Part shown: one piece after another, positions 36,165 to 45,024 of the stretch
How positions within the stretch are numbered: position 1 is the stretch's first letter
Layout of the letters: each line of letters opens with the position of its first letter
Assembly: GCA_949294555.1 (NCBI GenBank)
Contig: CASFHP010000004.1
Coordinates: 31,635-95,634, forward strand
Length of the DNA stretch: 64,000 nt
Direction: 5' to 3'
Origin: an uncultured Eubacteriales bacterium
GTDB taxonomy: Bacteria; Bacillota; Clostridia; TANB77; CAG-508
The notes under the pieces: generated by a model
The model's database searches: none
What the model saw: only the letters and a program-made list of their open reading frames with translations
What the model was told of the DNA's origin: nothing
Made by a program: the position numbers and the translations under genes

Positions 36165-38077
36165 CAATTGAATATTTATCAAAAGGGATAGAAGAGGAAA
36201 AAAAATTCCAAACATTACTTGGTGTTACAGGTTCTGGAAAAACATTCACAATGGCAAATATTATTCAAAAAGTACAAAAACCAACACTTGTTTTAGCACA
36301 TAATAAGACATTAGCAGGACAACTGTATTCCGAATTCAAAGAGTTTTTTCCAGAAAATAATGTGGAATATTTTGTTTCTTATTATGATTATTACCAGCCA
36401 GAAAGTTATATCCCACAATCAGATACGTATATAGAAAAAGATTCATCTGTAAATGACGAAATAGATAAGCTAAGACACTCTGCGACACTATCTTTATTTG
36501 AAACGAGAGATGTCATTATTGTAGCTTCTGTTTCTTGTATTTATGGTTTAGGAGACCCAGAAGATTATCAAGAAATGATGTTATCTTTAAGACCAGGCAT
36601 GCAAAAGGGAAGAGATGAGGTCTTGAAAAAATTAGTTACCATGCAATATACGAGAAATGAGATTGATTTCAAAAGAGGAACATTTAGGGCAAAAGGAGAT
36701 ATTGTAGAAATTTATCCATCTGACCAATCAGAATCTGCCATTAGGGTAGAATTTTGGGGAGATGAAATCGAAAAATTGGTAGAAATTAATCCATTAACAG
36801 GAAAAACAATAGGAACTAGACGTCATGTTCTGATTTCTCCAGCTTCTCACTATGTAACAACTAAAAGTAAAATGGAGAGGGCCATTACCACAATTGAAGA
36901 AGAATTGGAAGAAAGAATTAAATATTTTAAAGACCATAATAAATTGATTGAAGCACAAAGAATAGAAGAGAGAACCAATTTTGATATTGAAATGATGAAA
37001 GAAACTGGATTTTGTTCTGGAATTGAAAACTATTCAAGACATATTAGTGGCAGAAAACCAGGAAGTCCACCATATACCTTGTTTGATTATTTTCCAAAAG
37101 ATTTCTTATTATTAATTGATGAATCACATGCAACTATTCCACAAGTAAGAGCAATGTATAATGGAGACCATTCACGAAAAGAATCATTGGTTAATTATGG
37201 ATTTCGTTTACCTTCTGCATTTGACAATAGACCATTAACATTTGAAGAATTTGAAAAGAAATTAAATCAAGTTATATTTGTTAGTGCAACACCGGGAGAT
37301 TACGAAAAAGAACATAGCAAGGGAAATATTGTAGAACAAATTATTAGACCAACAGGATTACTAGACCCTAAAATTGAAGTAAAACCGGTAGAAAATCAAA
37401 TTGATGACTTGCTAGAGCAAATTCGTATTAGAGTTGAGAAAAATGAAAGGGTTTTAGTAACGACTTTAACCAAAAAGATGGCGGAAGATTTAACCGATTA
37501 TTTGAAAGGACTAGATATTAAAGTAACTTATATGCATTCAGATACAAAAACATTGGAAAGAATGGAAATTATCAGAAATCTTCGTTTAGGAGAATTTGAT
37601 GTATTAGTTGGTATCAACCTATTAAGAGAAGGTTTGGATATTCCAGAAGTATCTTTGGTTGCCATATTAGATGCTGACAAGGAAGGATTTTTACGTTCAG
37701 AGAGGTCTTTAATTCAAACGATTGGAAGGGCAGCTAGAAATACAGATGGAACTGTTATTATGTATGCAGATGAATTAACCGAAAGTATGGAAAAAGCTAT
37801 TTCAGAAACGAACAGGAGAAGAAGAATTCAGGAAGCATATAATGAAGAACATCATATAACACCAAAAACGATTAGAAAATCTGTACGTGATACGATTAAG
37901 GTTACCATTACAGATGATATTGGTGTAGAATATAAATTGGAAAAAGAAGAGGATATTAAAGATACAATTACAAAATTAACAGATGAGATGTTGAAATATG
38001 CGGCTGAAATGGAATTCGAAAAAGCTGCTGAATTACGTGATAAAATTAAAGAACTTGAAAAACTAGTTTCAGAATAA
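36116..38077 (+). CDS. uvrB: Excinuclease ABC subunit B
   Basis: Motifs [20 protein letters not shown], the helicase motifs and the C-terminal UVR domain [14 protein letters not shown] are present. Confidence 0.95.
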
Positions 38078-38113
38078 GAAAAAACTCGATTTTTCTGTGC
38101 AACGTTGTTTTTT

Positions 38114-38149
38114 TATTGAATAGGAAAAAGTAATTTTTTCTATTCAATA
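38114..38149. repeat. TATTGAATAGGAAA-loop-TTTCTATTCAATA hairpin
   Basis: A 16-bp stem with one G:U in the + sense. The same 13-nt arm sequence recurs at 63772-63806. Confidence 0.5.
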
Positions 38150-38177
38150 AAAAAGCCCTCGAAAATCTCCGAGGGGA
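38147..38177 (-). terminator. Rho-independent terminator of the small minus-strand gene
   Basis: On the minus strand, the CCCTCG/CGAGGG stem is followed by CTTTTTT. Confidence 0.6.
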
Positions 38178-38217
38178 TTTATAAGATTGCTGTGCTGGTT
38201 AACAGTTACTGGAAATA

Positions 38218-38412
38218 TTACATTGTAAGCAATGCTTGCAATGAAGACATTTTTACAGAATATTTTCCGTCTCCTTTACCAGAAGGAGTATACGGAATTC
38301 CCTGACTTTTCAAGAATGTCTTATCCCACTGGTTTAAAAAGACATCCTGTGTGCCATCTTTGTTTGGCGAGCCTGTTTTCGCCACACAGTATAAGTATTT
38401 ATTCAAACTCAT
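38218..38412 (-). CDS. 64-aa hypothetical protein in a GC-richer islet
   Basis: ATG 38412 sits behind an AAAGGAGA SD 8 nt upstream, and the gene has its own extended -10 promoter and terminator. It encodes MSLNKYLYCVAKTGSPNKDGTQDVFLNQWDKTFLKSQGIPYTPSGKGDGKYSVKMSSLQALLTM; no family was recognised. Confidence 0.55.
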   Translation of the reverse strand: MSLNKYLYCVAKTGSPNKDGTQDVFLNQWDKTFLKSQGIPYTPSGKGDGKYSVKMSSLQALLTM

Positions 38413-38473
38413 CGGAAACCATCTCCTTTCTCCGATGAAAAGGCACAGCAATCACTACAAACCTTAGAACTAA

Positions 38474-38482
38474 ATTATAACA
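38474..38482 (-). promoter_or_regulatory. Extended -10 element TGTTATAAT
   Basis: On the minus strand, about 60 nt upstream of ATG 38412. Confidence 0.45.
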
Positions 38483-38610
38483 TAAAAAATGGGAAAAACA
38501 GGAAATGAAATGATATTATTTTCACTTTTCATCGCAATATTCGACATTTTCTGCCAATATGTTTTTATATATTAGAAACTCAGCATGACTTTCCTAATAT
38601 ATAAAAATAC

Positions 38611-38657
38611 AAAAAACTGTACACAACTTATTAAAATTGTAAGTGTACAGTTTTTTT
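38611..38657 (-). terminator. Terminator with an A-run and a T-run (bidirectional form) downstream of the DUF5684-like gene
   Basis: The stem CTGTACAC/GTGTACAG is flanked by A6 and T7. Confidence 0.7.
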
Positions 38658-38690
38658 CTATTCGAAAACATTGCGTTGCTTTGATAATTA

Positions 38691-39275
38691 TTACAAATTA
38701 GAATTATCTTCATCATTATTTGTTGGTGGTTCATCAACAGGTTTTTCAGAAATATTTACAACACCATCACCTTGATAAGAAGTGCTGGAAGTTGTTGAAA
38801 AACCTCCATTTCCAACATATTGAGCTTTACCGAAACCTAAAATCATATAGAAAATCGTTGGAAGGAATAATAATCCGATTGTATATCCCACATCTTTTCC
38901 AAAAGCTTTTGCTAATGAATTGCATTGATAGATTCTAATTCCTAAAGCAATAAGCCATCCAATAAAAGGAATAAATGTTAATAAATACCCACATACAATC
39001 CATGGAGAAAGCCCAGAAATTCTAAATAGAATTACTAAATTGTAGATTGGTATAATACATTTCCATCCTTTTTCTCCAGCTTTTGTAAAGACTTTCCACA
39101 TTCCAACTAATTGTAATATGACAATAATTAGACCAATTATTAGAAAAATTCCCATAATGGTTCCTAAAATGGTTCCACCCAATACAGCAATAGTTGAATC
39201 TGGACCACTACTATACCCGTAATCATAATAGTCTGCATAATTTGGATAAGAAGAATAGTAATCATAATATCCCAT
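38691..39275 (-). CDS. DUF5684-like membrane protein with a Tyr-rich N-terminus
   Basis: WKVFTKAGEKGWKCIIPIYNLVILFRISGLSPW and 4 TM helices are present. The N-terminus is MGYYDYYSSYPNYADYYDYGYSSGP. Confidence 0.65.
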   Translation of the reverse strand: MGYYDYYSSYPNYADYYDYGYSSGPDSTIAVLGGTILGTIMGIFLIIGLIIVILQLVGMWKVFTKAGEKGWKCIIPIYNLVILFRISGLSPWIVCGYLLTFIPFIGWLIALGIRIYQCNSLAKAFGKDVGYTIGLLFLPTIFYMILGFGKAQYVGNGGFSTTSSTSYQGDGVVNISEKPVDEPPTNNDEDNSNL

Positions 39276-39356
39276 AAATAAATCCCCCTTTCATAAACTT
39301 CACAATTAAATTTTCCCATTTTTCGACAAAAAAGTCAATATAAAATAGAAAAAAAC

Positions 39357-39385
39357 TTGTATAAAAAAAGTTAGTCTGATATAAT
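39357..39385 (+). promoter_or_regulatory. Sigma-A promoter of the hydrogenase operon
   Basis: TTGTAT, a 17-nt spacer, then TATAAT with a TGA extended -10. Confidence 0.55.
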
Positions 39386-39424
39386 CTATGTAGTTATGCA
39401 ATAATATATACGGGAGGTATTAAA

Positions 39425-39931
39425 ATGAGTGAAAACAAATGTCAATGTGGCAATCCCAAAAAGGATGAATTCATGCAGAAATTGTTTGAAGAATATTTGC
39501 CTATAAAAGATAATTTAATTCAAATGTTAAACGAAGTACAAGAGCATTATGGATATATTCCACAAAATGCACAAAAAGAACTTTCAGAATTTTTAAATAT
39601 TCCAATGGCAGAAATTTACGGAGTCATAACGTTTTATTCGAGATTTACCCTAAAACCTAAAGGAAAATATAATGTTTCAGTATGCTTGGGAACAGCATGT
39701 TATGTAAAAGGTTCTCAAAAAATTATGGATAGATTAAAAGAAAGATTACAAATCGAACCAGGCGAAACGACAAAAGATGGTCTATTTTCTATTGAAGAAA
39801 CAAGATGTGTCGGAGCGTGTGGTTTAGCACCAGTGTTTACTGTAAATGGCGAAGTATATGGAAAAGCAACTGTAAAAAAATTAGATGAAGTTTTAGACGG
39901 AATTATAAAAGAAAGTGAAAAAACAAACTAA
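39425..39931 (+). CDS. hydC: NuoE-like [2Fe-2S] subunit of a bifurcating-type [FeFe]-hydrogenase
   Basis: The thioredoxin-like ferredoxin pattern VSVCLGTACYVKG...RCVGACGLAPV is present. Confidence 0.85.
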   Translation: MSENKCQCGNPKKDEFMQKLFEEYLPIKDNLIQMLNEVQEHYGYIPQNAQKELSEFLNIPMAEIYGVITFYSRFTLKPKGKYNVSVCLGTACYVKGSQKIMDRLKERLQIEPGETTKDGLFSIEETRCVGACGLAPVFTVNGEVYGKATVKKLDEVLDGIIKESEKTN

Positions 39932-39943
39932 TTTATAAGAAAA

Positions 39944-39978
39944 GCGTGCGTTAACGAAATCAAAGATTTCGACGCACA
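39944..39978 (+). repeat. Intergenic repeat family R3 (nested hairpin)
   Basis: GCGTGCGTTAACGAAATCAAAGATTTCGACGCACA is 32/35 identical to 44788-44822. Both copies lie a few nt after a stop codon. Confidence 0.6.
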
Positions 39979-40019
39979 CATGTGAAGACTGCTTCGCAGT
40001 ACTTCACAAATATATGTAG

Positions 40020-40097
40020 CTTAACCTTGTTGCCTTGTTGTATACGGAAAAATCCACATAGGGTCAAGATAAAAGACGATTTTTCCTATACAATAGG
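40020..40097 (+). repeat. Intergenic repeat family R1
   Basis: It aligns with 26071-26136. The stems TTGTATA-C-GGAAAAATC/GATTTTTCC-TATACAA enclose the conserved loop. Confidence 0.55.
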
Positions 40098-40163
40098 AAT
40101 TTCTTATATTATAGGAAATGCAATCTCCTATAATGTAAAAAAATATAAATTAGCGCATTCTAA

Positions 40164-40206
40164 TTTACATAAAAATGTCTCGAACAGAAACGTCCCTAAT
40201 TGGACA
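40164..40206 (+). repeat. Repeat M1 (a half-palindrome identical in type to the arms of hairpin copy B)
   Basis: ACATAAAAATGTCTCGAACAGAAACGTCCCTAATTGGACA is 38/40 identical to 25008-25047. It ends 5 nt before the hydB SD. Confidence 0.6.
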
Positions 40207-40219
40207 AAAGGAGGAAAGT

Positions 40220-42079
40220 ATGAAAAGTCTAGAAGAAATTCACAAAATAAGAGAAGAAAAAAGAAAAGAGTTGGATTTAAGAGTAAATACAAAAGCAGAT
40301 ACCAGAGAGAAACATATTTTGGTATGTCATGGTACTGGTTGTACTTCTTCAAAATCACCTGAAATTTTAGAAAATTTTAGAAGAATTTTAAAAGAAAGAA
40401 ATATAACCAATGTAAGAGTTATCAAAACAGGTTGTTTTGGACTTTGTGCAAAAGGTCCAATTGTTATTATCAGACCAGAAGATACCTTTTATGCAATGGT
40501 TACACCAGAAGATTGTGAGGAAATTATTGATACCCATATTGTTAAAGGAGAAAGAGTAGAAAGATTACTTTGCAAAGATATAGATGGAACAGTTGTTAAT
40601 AGTTTAGATGAGTTAAACTTTTATAAAAAACAAAAAAGAATTGCACTTAAAAACTGTGGTGTTGTCAATCCAGAAGATATTGATGAGTACATAGCATTTG
40701 ATGGATATAAAGCATTAGAAAAAGTATTAAAAGAAATGACACAAGATGAGGTCATTGATGTTGTAAAAGAATCTGGCTTAAGAGGTAGAGGAGGCGCAGG
40801 TTTCCCTACAGGTAAGAAATGGGAACTTACCAAAGCGTCAGAAGGAGACCAAAAATACGTGGTTTGTAATGCTGATGAAGGAGACCCAGGTGCTTTCATG
40901 GATAGAAGTATCTTAGAAGGAGACCCTCATTCTGTATTAGAAGCTATGGAAATTGCAGGATATGCTATTGGAGCAAATAAAGGATATATCTATGTTAGAG
41001 CAGAATATCCAATTGCAGTTCAAAGATTAAAAATTGCCATCGAACAAGCAAGAGAATATGGACTATTGGGAGAAAACATTTTTGGAACAGACTTTAGTTT
41101 TGATATAGAAATTCGATTAGGTGCAGGAGCCTTTGTATGTGGAGAAGAAACAGCTTTGCTAGAATCTATTGAAGGAAAAAGAGGGCAACCAAGAGTAAAA
41201 CCACCATATCCAGCACAATCAGGATTATGGGGAAAACCAACTTTAATTAATAATGTTGAAACATATGCAAATATTGCCCAAATTATCCTAAAAGGTGCGA
41301 AATGGTATTCTTCAATTGGAACAGAAACATCAAAAGGAACAAAAGTATTTGCATTAGGTGGAAATGTTAATAATATTGGATTAGTAGAAGTACCAATGGG
41401 AACAACCCTAAGAGAAATTATCTATGACATTGGTGGAGGAATTCCTAATGGTAGAGAATTTAAAGCAGCACAAACAGGTGGACCTTCAGGAGGATGTATA
41501 CCTAAAGAACATCTAGATACACCGATTGACTATGAATCTCTAAAAGAAATTGGTTCTATGATGGGTTCAGGTGGATTAATTGTTATGGATGATACAAAAT
41601 GTATGGTAGCTTTAGCAAAATTCTATCTAGACTTTACAGTAAGCGAAAGTTGTGGTAAATGTACACCTTGTAGAATAGGAACAAAAAGAATGTTAGAAAT
41701 CTTAGAGAGACTATGTAATGGAGAAGGAGACGAACTAGATATCTATAAACTAGAAAAATTAGCAGCAAACATTCAAAAAGCAAGTATTTGTGGATTAGGG
41801 CAAACAGCACCAAACCCAGTTGTCAGTACTCTAAAATATTTTAGAGAAGAATTTAGACAACATGCTATCCAAAAAGAATGTCGAACACTAGAATGTAAAG
41901 CAATGGCAAAAATTACAATTAATGAAGAAAAATGTAAAGGTTGTGGCTTATGCCAAAAACATTGTCCAGTAAATGCCATAGACGGTTCTGGAAGAGACAA
42001 AAGAATTATCAACCAAGAAAAATGTATTAAATGTGGTACATGTATTGCAAGTTGTCCATTCCATGCAATAGGCAATTAG
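40220..42079 (+). CDS. hydB: NuoF-like NAD(H)/FMN-binding subunit of the [FeFe]-hydrogenase
   Basis: The start is set at ATG 40220 (SD AAAGGAGGAAAG). It has a thioredoxin-like N-domain, GLRGRGGAGFPTGKKW, CGKCTPCR and two C-terminal CxxCxxCxxxCP ferredoxin motifs. Confidence 0.88.
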   Translation: MKSLEEIHKIREEKRKELDLRVNTKADTREKHILVCHGTGCTSSKSPEILENFRRILKERNITNVRVIKTGCFGLCAKGPIVIIRPEDTFYAMVTPEDCEEIIDTHIVKGERVERLLCKDIDGTVVNSLDELNFYKKQKRIALKNCGVVNPEDIDEYIAFDGYKALEKVLKEMTQDEVIDVVKESGLRGRGGAGFPTGKKWELTKASEGDQKYVVCNADEGDPGAFMDRSILEGDPHSVLEAMEIAGYAIGANKGYIYVRAEYPIAVQRLKIAIEQAREYGLLGENIFGTDFSFDIEIRLGAGAFVCGEETALLESIEGKRGQPRVKPPYPAQSGLWGKPTLINNVETYANIAQIILKGAKWYSSIGTETSKGTKVFALGGNVNNIGLVEVPMGTTLREIIYDIGGGIPNGREFKAAQTGGPSGGCIPKEHLDTPIDYESLKEIGSMMGSGGLIVMDDTKCMVALAKFYLDFTVSESCGKCTPCRIGTKRMLEILERLCNGEGDELDIYKLEKLAANIQKASICGLGQTAPNPVVSTLKYFREEFRQHAIQKECRTLECKAMAKITINEEKCKGCGLCQKHCPVNAIDGSGRDKRIINQEKCIKCGTCIASCPFHAIGN

Positions 42080-42143
42080 GGACGTGCCAAAAGGGACAGA
42101 CCTATATGTCAATCATTTTAAATGAGTTAAGGAGAAGATGAAT

Positions 42144-43895
42144 ATGGAAAAAGAAATGGTTAATTTAACAATTGACAATCAAAAAATAACAGTGCCTAAA
42201 GGAACAACAATCCTAAATGCTGCTAAGCAAGCAGGAATAGACATCCCAACATTATGCTTTTTAAAAGACATCAATGAAGTGGGAGATTGTAGAATGTGTA
42301 TTGTTGAAGTTGAAGGAAGAAGGGGATTTGCAACCTCTTGTATCCAAACCGTGGAAGAAGGTATGGTGGTCCATACGCATACGCCAAATGTATTAGAAGC
42401 ACGTCATGTTATTCTAGATTTAATAATTTCAAATCATGCTAAAGACTGCTTAACTTGCACACGTTCAGGAAATTGTGAGTTACAAGCATTAGCAACAAAA
42501 TTCAATGTTTTAAATATTGAATTTGAAGGAGAAAGAACAGAACATAAAATAGATGACTTATCTCCATCTATTGTCAGAGATTTTAATAAATGTATTTTAT
42601 GTAGAAGATGTGTAGCAGCATGTAAAAATGTTCAAAAAATAGGTGCCATTGATTGTATTAATAGAGGTTTTGAATCTTGTATATCAACCGTTGGAGACCA
42701 TAGTTTAAATGATGTTAACTGTACATTTTGTGGTCAATGTATAGAGGCTTGCCCAACAGGTGCATTACATGAAAAAGAAACGATTAATGATGTATGGGTA
42801 AAATTAAAAGACCCAGATACAACTGTTATTGTACAAACAGCACCAGCAGTTAGAGTAGCGCTTGGCGAAGAATTTGGAATGCCAATAGGTACAAATGTAG
42901 TAGGAAAAATGGTAACAGCATTAAAGCGATTAGGCTTTGATAGAGTATTTGACACCAACACAGGTGCTGACCTTACGATTATGGAAGAAGCAAATGAATT
43001 TATAGAAAGATTTACAAAAAATGATAATTTGCCTATGATTACATCTTGTAGTCCAGGTTGGGTAAAATATATAGAAATGAATTATCCAGAATTATTACCA
43101 CATCTATCTAGCTGTAAATCTCCACATGAAATGTTTGGAGCCATATTAAAAACCTATTATGCAAAAAGAGAAGGACTAGACCCAGAAAAAATCTATGTAG
43201 TTTCAGTAATGCCATGTATTGCTAAAAAGTTTGAAAGACAAAGACCAGAAATGATGGAAGATAATTTATATGATGTAGATAATGTTATCACAACAAGAGA
43301 ATTAGCAAGAATGATAAAACAAGCCAACATAGAATTTGAAAAATTGGAAGATAGTAATTTTGACAGCCCTATGGGAGAAGCAAGTGGTGCAGGAGCTATC
43401 TTTGGAACAACTGGTGGTGTTATGGAGGCAGCTTTAAGAACTGCACAAGATACTTTAACAGGAAAGGACCTACCTAAAATTGACTTTGAACAAGTAAGAG
43501 GTGGGGAAGGCATTAAAAGAGCAACCATTAATATTGCAGGAAAAGATATAAATGTTGTTGCAGCAAGTGGATTGGCAAATGCTAGAACCATATTAGAGGA
43601 AATTAAATCAGGAAAAGCAAATTATCAATTTGTCGAAATTATGGCTTGCCCAGGTGGATGTATCATGGGTGGTGGCCAACCAATTAAAAGTTCTAAAGTA
43701 AGAGCAGAAGTAGATGTTAGAAAATTAAGAGCAGACGCCTTATATACAATTGATGAAAGAAGCATTGTTAGAAAATCACATGAAAATCCTGTTATGAAAA
43801 AATTATATAAAGATTTCTTGGAAAAACCAGGAAGTGAAATTGCTGAAAGATTGTTACATACAACCTATACAAAGAGAGAAAAATATAACATTTAA
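42144..43895 (+). CDS. hydA: [FeFe]-hydrogenase catalytic subunit
   Basis: It has N-terminal 2Fe-2S and 4Fe-4S domains. The H-cluster motifs are TSCSPGW (variant), MPCIAKKFE and EIMACPGGCIMGGGQP. The start could be 42138 or 42144; 42144 has the better SD spacing. Confidence 0.88.
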   Translation: MEKEMVNLTIDNQKITVPKGTTILNAAKQAGIDIPTLCFLKDINEVGDCRMCIVEVEGRRGFATSCIQTVEEGMVVHTHTPNVLEARHVILDLIISNHAKDCLTCTRSGNCELQALATKFNVLNIEFEGERTEHKIDDLSPSIVRDFNKCILCRRCVAACKNVQKIGAIDCINRGFESCISTVGDHSLNDVNCTFCGQCIEACPTGALHEKETINDVWVKLKDPDTTVIVQTAPAVRVALGEEFGMPIGTNVVGKMVTALKRLGFDRVFDTNTGADLTIMEEANEFIERFTKNDNLPMITSCSPGWVKYIEMNYPELLPHLSSCKSPHEMFGAILKTYYAKREGLDPEKIYVVSVMPCIAKKFERQRPEMMEDNLYDVDNVITTRELARMIKQANIEFEKLEDSNFDSPMGEASGAGAIFGTTGGVMEAALRTAQDTLTGKDLPKIDFEQVRGGEGIKRATINIAGKDINVVAASGLANARTILEEIKSGKANYQFVEIMACPGGCIMGGGQPIKSSKVRAEVDVRKLRADALYTIDERSIVRKSHENPVMKKLYKDFLEKPGSEIAERLLHTTYTKREKYNI

Positions 43896-43925
43896 AATTT
43901 ATTTTAAATAGGAGAAGCAAATTAT

Positions 43926-44783
43926 ATGTATAAAATGATAATTTTAGATTTAGATGGAACATTATTAAATGATTACAAAGAAATTAGTAAAGAAAATATA
44001 AACCTTATAAAAAGAGCATATAATGAAAAGGGGATAATATCAGTAATTGCAACAGGAAGACCATTGGAATATGCAAATGAAATTTGTAATTTATATGGTA
44101 ATTGTTTTACTAATTATATTATTGCATGCAATGGTGCTATTATAAAAAATACTGAAACTAATGAATATATTCATAAAGTTACATTTACAAATGAAGAGAT
44201 ATTAAATCTTAGAAATATTTTTTTAGAGGAAAATGCAGATTATATGCTACTTTATACAGATAAACAAGTAATAAGTGAAGAAAAAAAAGCAAATGCATTA
44301 AAGAATTCAGGAATCATTGCAAATCAAAAAGAAATAAAACTTGAAAATATAAAAGATGTAATAAAAAGTAATCCAAATCTTACAAATTTATTATGCTTGA
44401 TAGGAGGAGATACTTTGGCATTAGAAAATATTATTTCAAAACTAAATAAAATAAAAGGAATAGACACACCTGGTATTTGCAATTATTCTCGTAAAGCAAA
44501 AACATTTTCATTTGAATCAAAATATATAGATGTAATGAAAGAGGGCTGTAGTAAAAAGAATGCTATATATATTTTGGCAGATAAACTAGGAATAAAAAAA
44601 GAGGAAATCATTGTAATGGGAGATGGAGGTAATGATATTTCAATGTTTGAGTGTGCAGGATTAAAAATAGCAATGGAAAATGCAGAAGAACATTTAAAAG
44701 AAAAAGCAGATTTTGTGACAGCAAGTAATAATAATGATGGTGTTGCAAAAGCAATTCAAAAATTTGTATTTAATGAAGTATAA
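43926..44783 (+). CDS. Cof-type HAD-IIB phosphatase
   Basis: Motifs IILDLDGTLLND, ATGRP and MGDGGNDISM are present. Confidence 0.85.
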   Translation: MYKMIILDLDGTLLNDYKEISKENINLIKRAYNEKGIISVIATGRPLEYANEICNLYGNCFTNYIIACNGAIIKNTETNEYIHKVTFTNEEILNLRNIFLEENADYMLLYTDKQVISEEKKANALKNSGIIANQKEIKLENIKDVIKSNPNLTNLLCLIGGDTLALENIISKLNKIKGIDTPGICNYSRKAKTFSFESKYIDVMKEGCSKKNAIYILADKLGIKKEEIIVMGDGGNDISMFECAGLKIAMENAEEHLKEKADFVTASNNNDGVAKAIQKFVFNEV

Positions 44784-44787
44784 AAAA

Positions 44788-44822
44788 GCATGCATTAACG
44801 AAATCAAAGATTTTGACGCACA
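44788..44822 (+). repeat. Intergenic repeat family R3
   Basis: See 39944-39978. Confidence 0.6.
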
Positions 44823-44830
44823 AGTGCAGT

Positions 44831-44906
44831 AATAAAAATCCCCCTCTAAAAAGAGGGGGAGCGTTTATAAACGAAAAATCACATTTTAATGTGCAACATT
44901 AAATGT
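44831..44906 (-). ncRNA. Candidate small RNA, unit 2
   Basis: On the minus strand: a TATAAT box (44913-18), the conserved 5' segment ATAATTACATTTAATGTTGCACAT, the hairpin CACAT-TAAA-ATGTG, then the CCCCCTC/GAGGGGG stem plus ATTTTTATT. The -35 is weak. Confidence 0.35.
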
Positions 44907-44940
44907 AATTATATTATATGCAAATAGTAAAAAATTATTA

Positions 44941-45018
44941 CAAAAAAGCAGAGACTAGGTTTATACCTAATCTCTGAAAGACAACTTCCACATCGTATGA
45001 TGTGCAACAATTAAATGT
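44941..45018 (-). ncRNA. Candidate small RNA, unit 1
   Basis: On the minus strand: a consensus promoter, the 5' segment ATAGTTACATTTAATTGTTGCACAT, the hairpin CACATC-ATAC-GATGTG, then an 11-bp terminator stem whose single non-WC pair is U:G only in the minus sense, followed by CTTTTTT. Confidence 0.45.
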
Positions 45019-45024
45019 AACTAT

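Noticed and set aside
38161-38470. I considered whether the GC-richer structured region is a known ncRNA (RNase P, SRP/scRNA, tmRNA, 6S or a riboswitch).
   Set aside because: None of the hallmark sequences I know are present (no GAGGAAAGUCC, no SRP domain IV GGAA motif, no tRNA-like CCA end). The region is better explained as promoter, SD, 64-codon ORF and terminator.
39981-40007. At first glance the hairpin in the hyd spacer appeared to have a UUCG tetraloop.
   Set aside because: On base-by-base pairing the loop is a UUC triloop closed by C-G, so no special tetraloop claim is made.
39982-40362. Track ORFs 39982-40362 (+), 40128-40358 (-) and the N-terminal extension of 40175-42079.
   Set aside because: They lie in the repeat-filled hydC-hydB spacer, have no SD, and overlap the well-supported hydB start at 40220.
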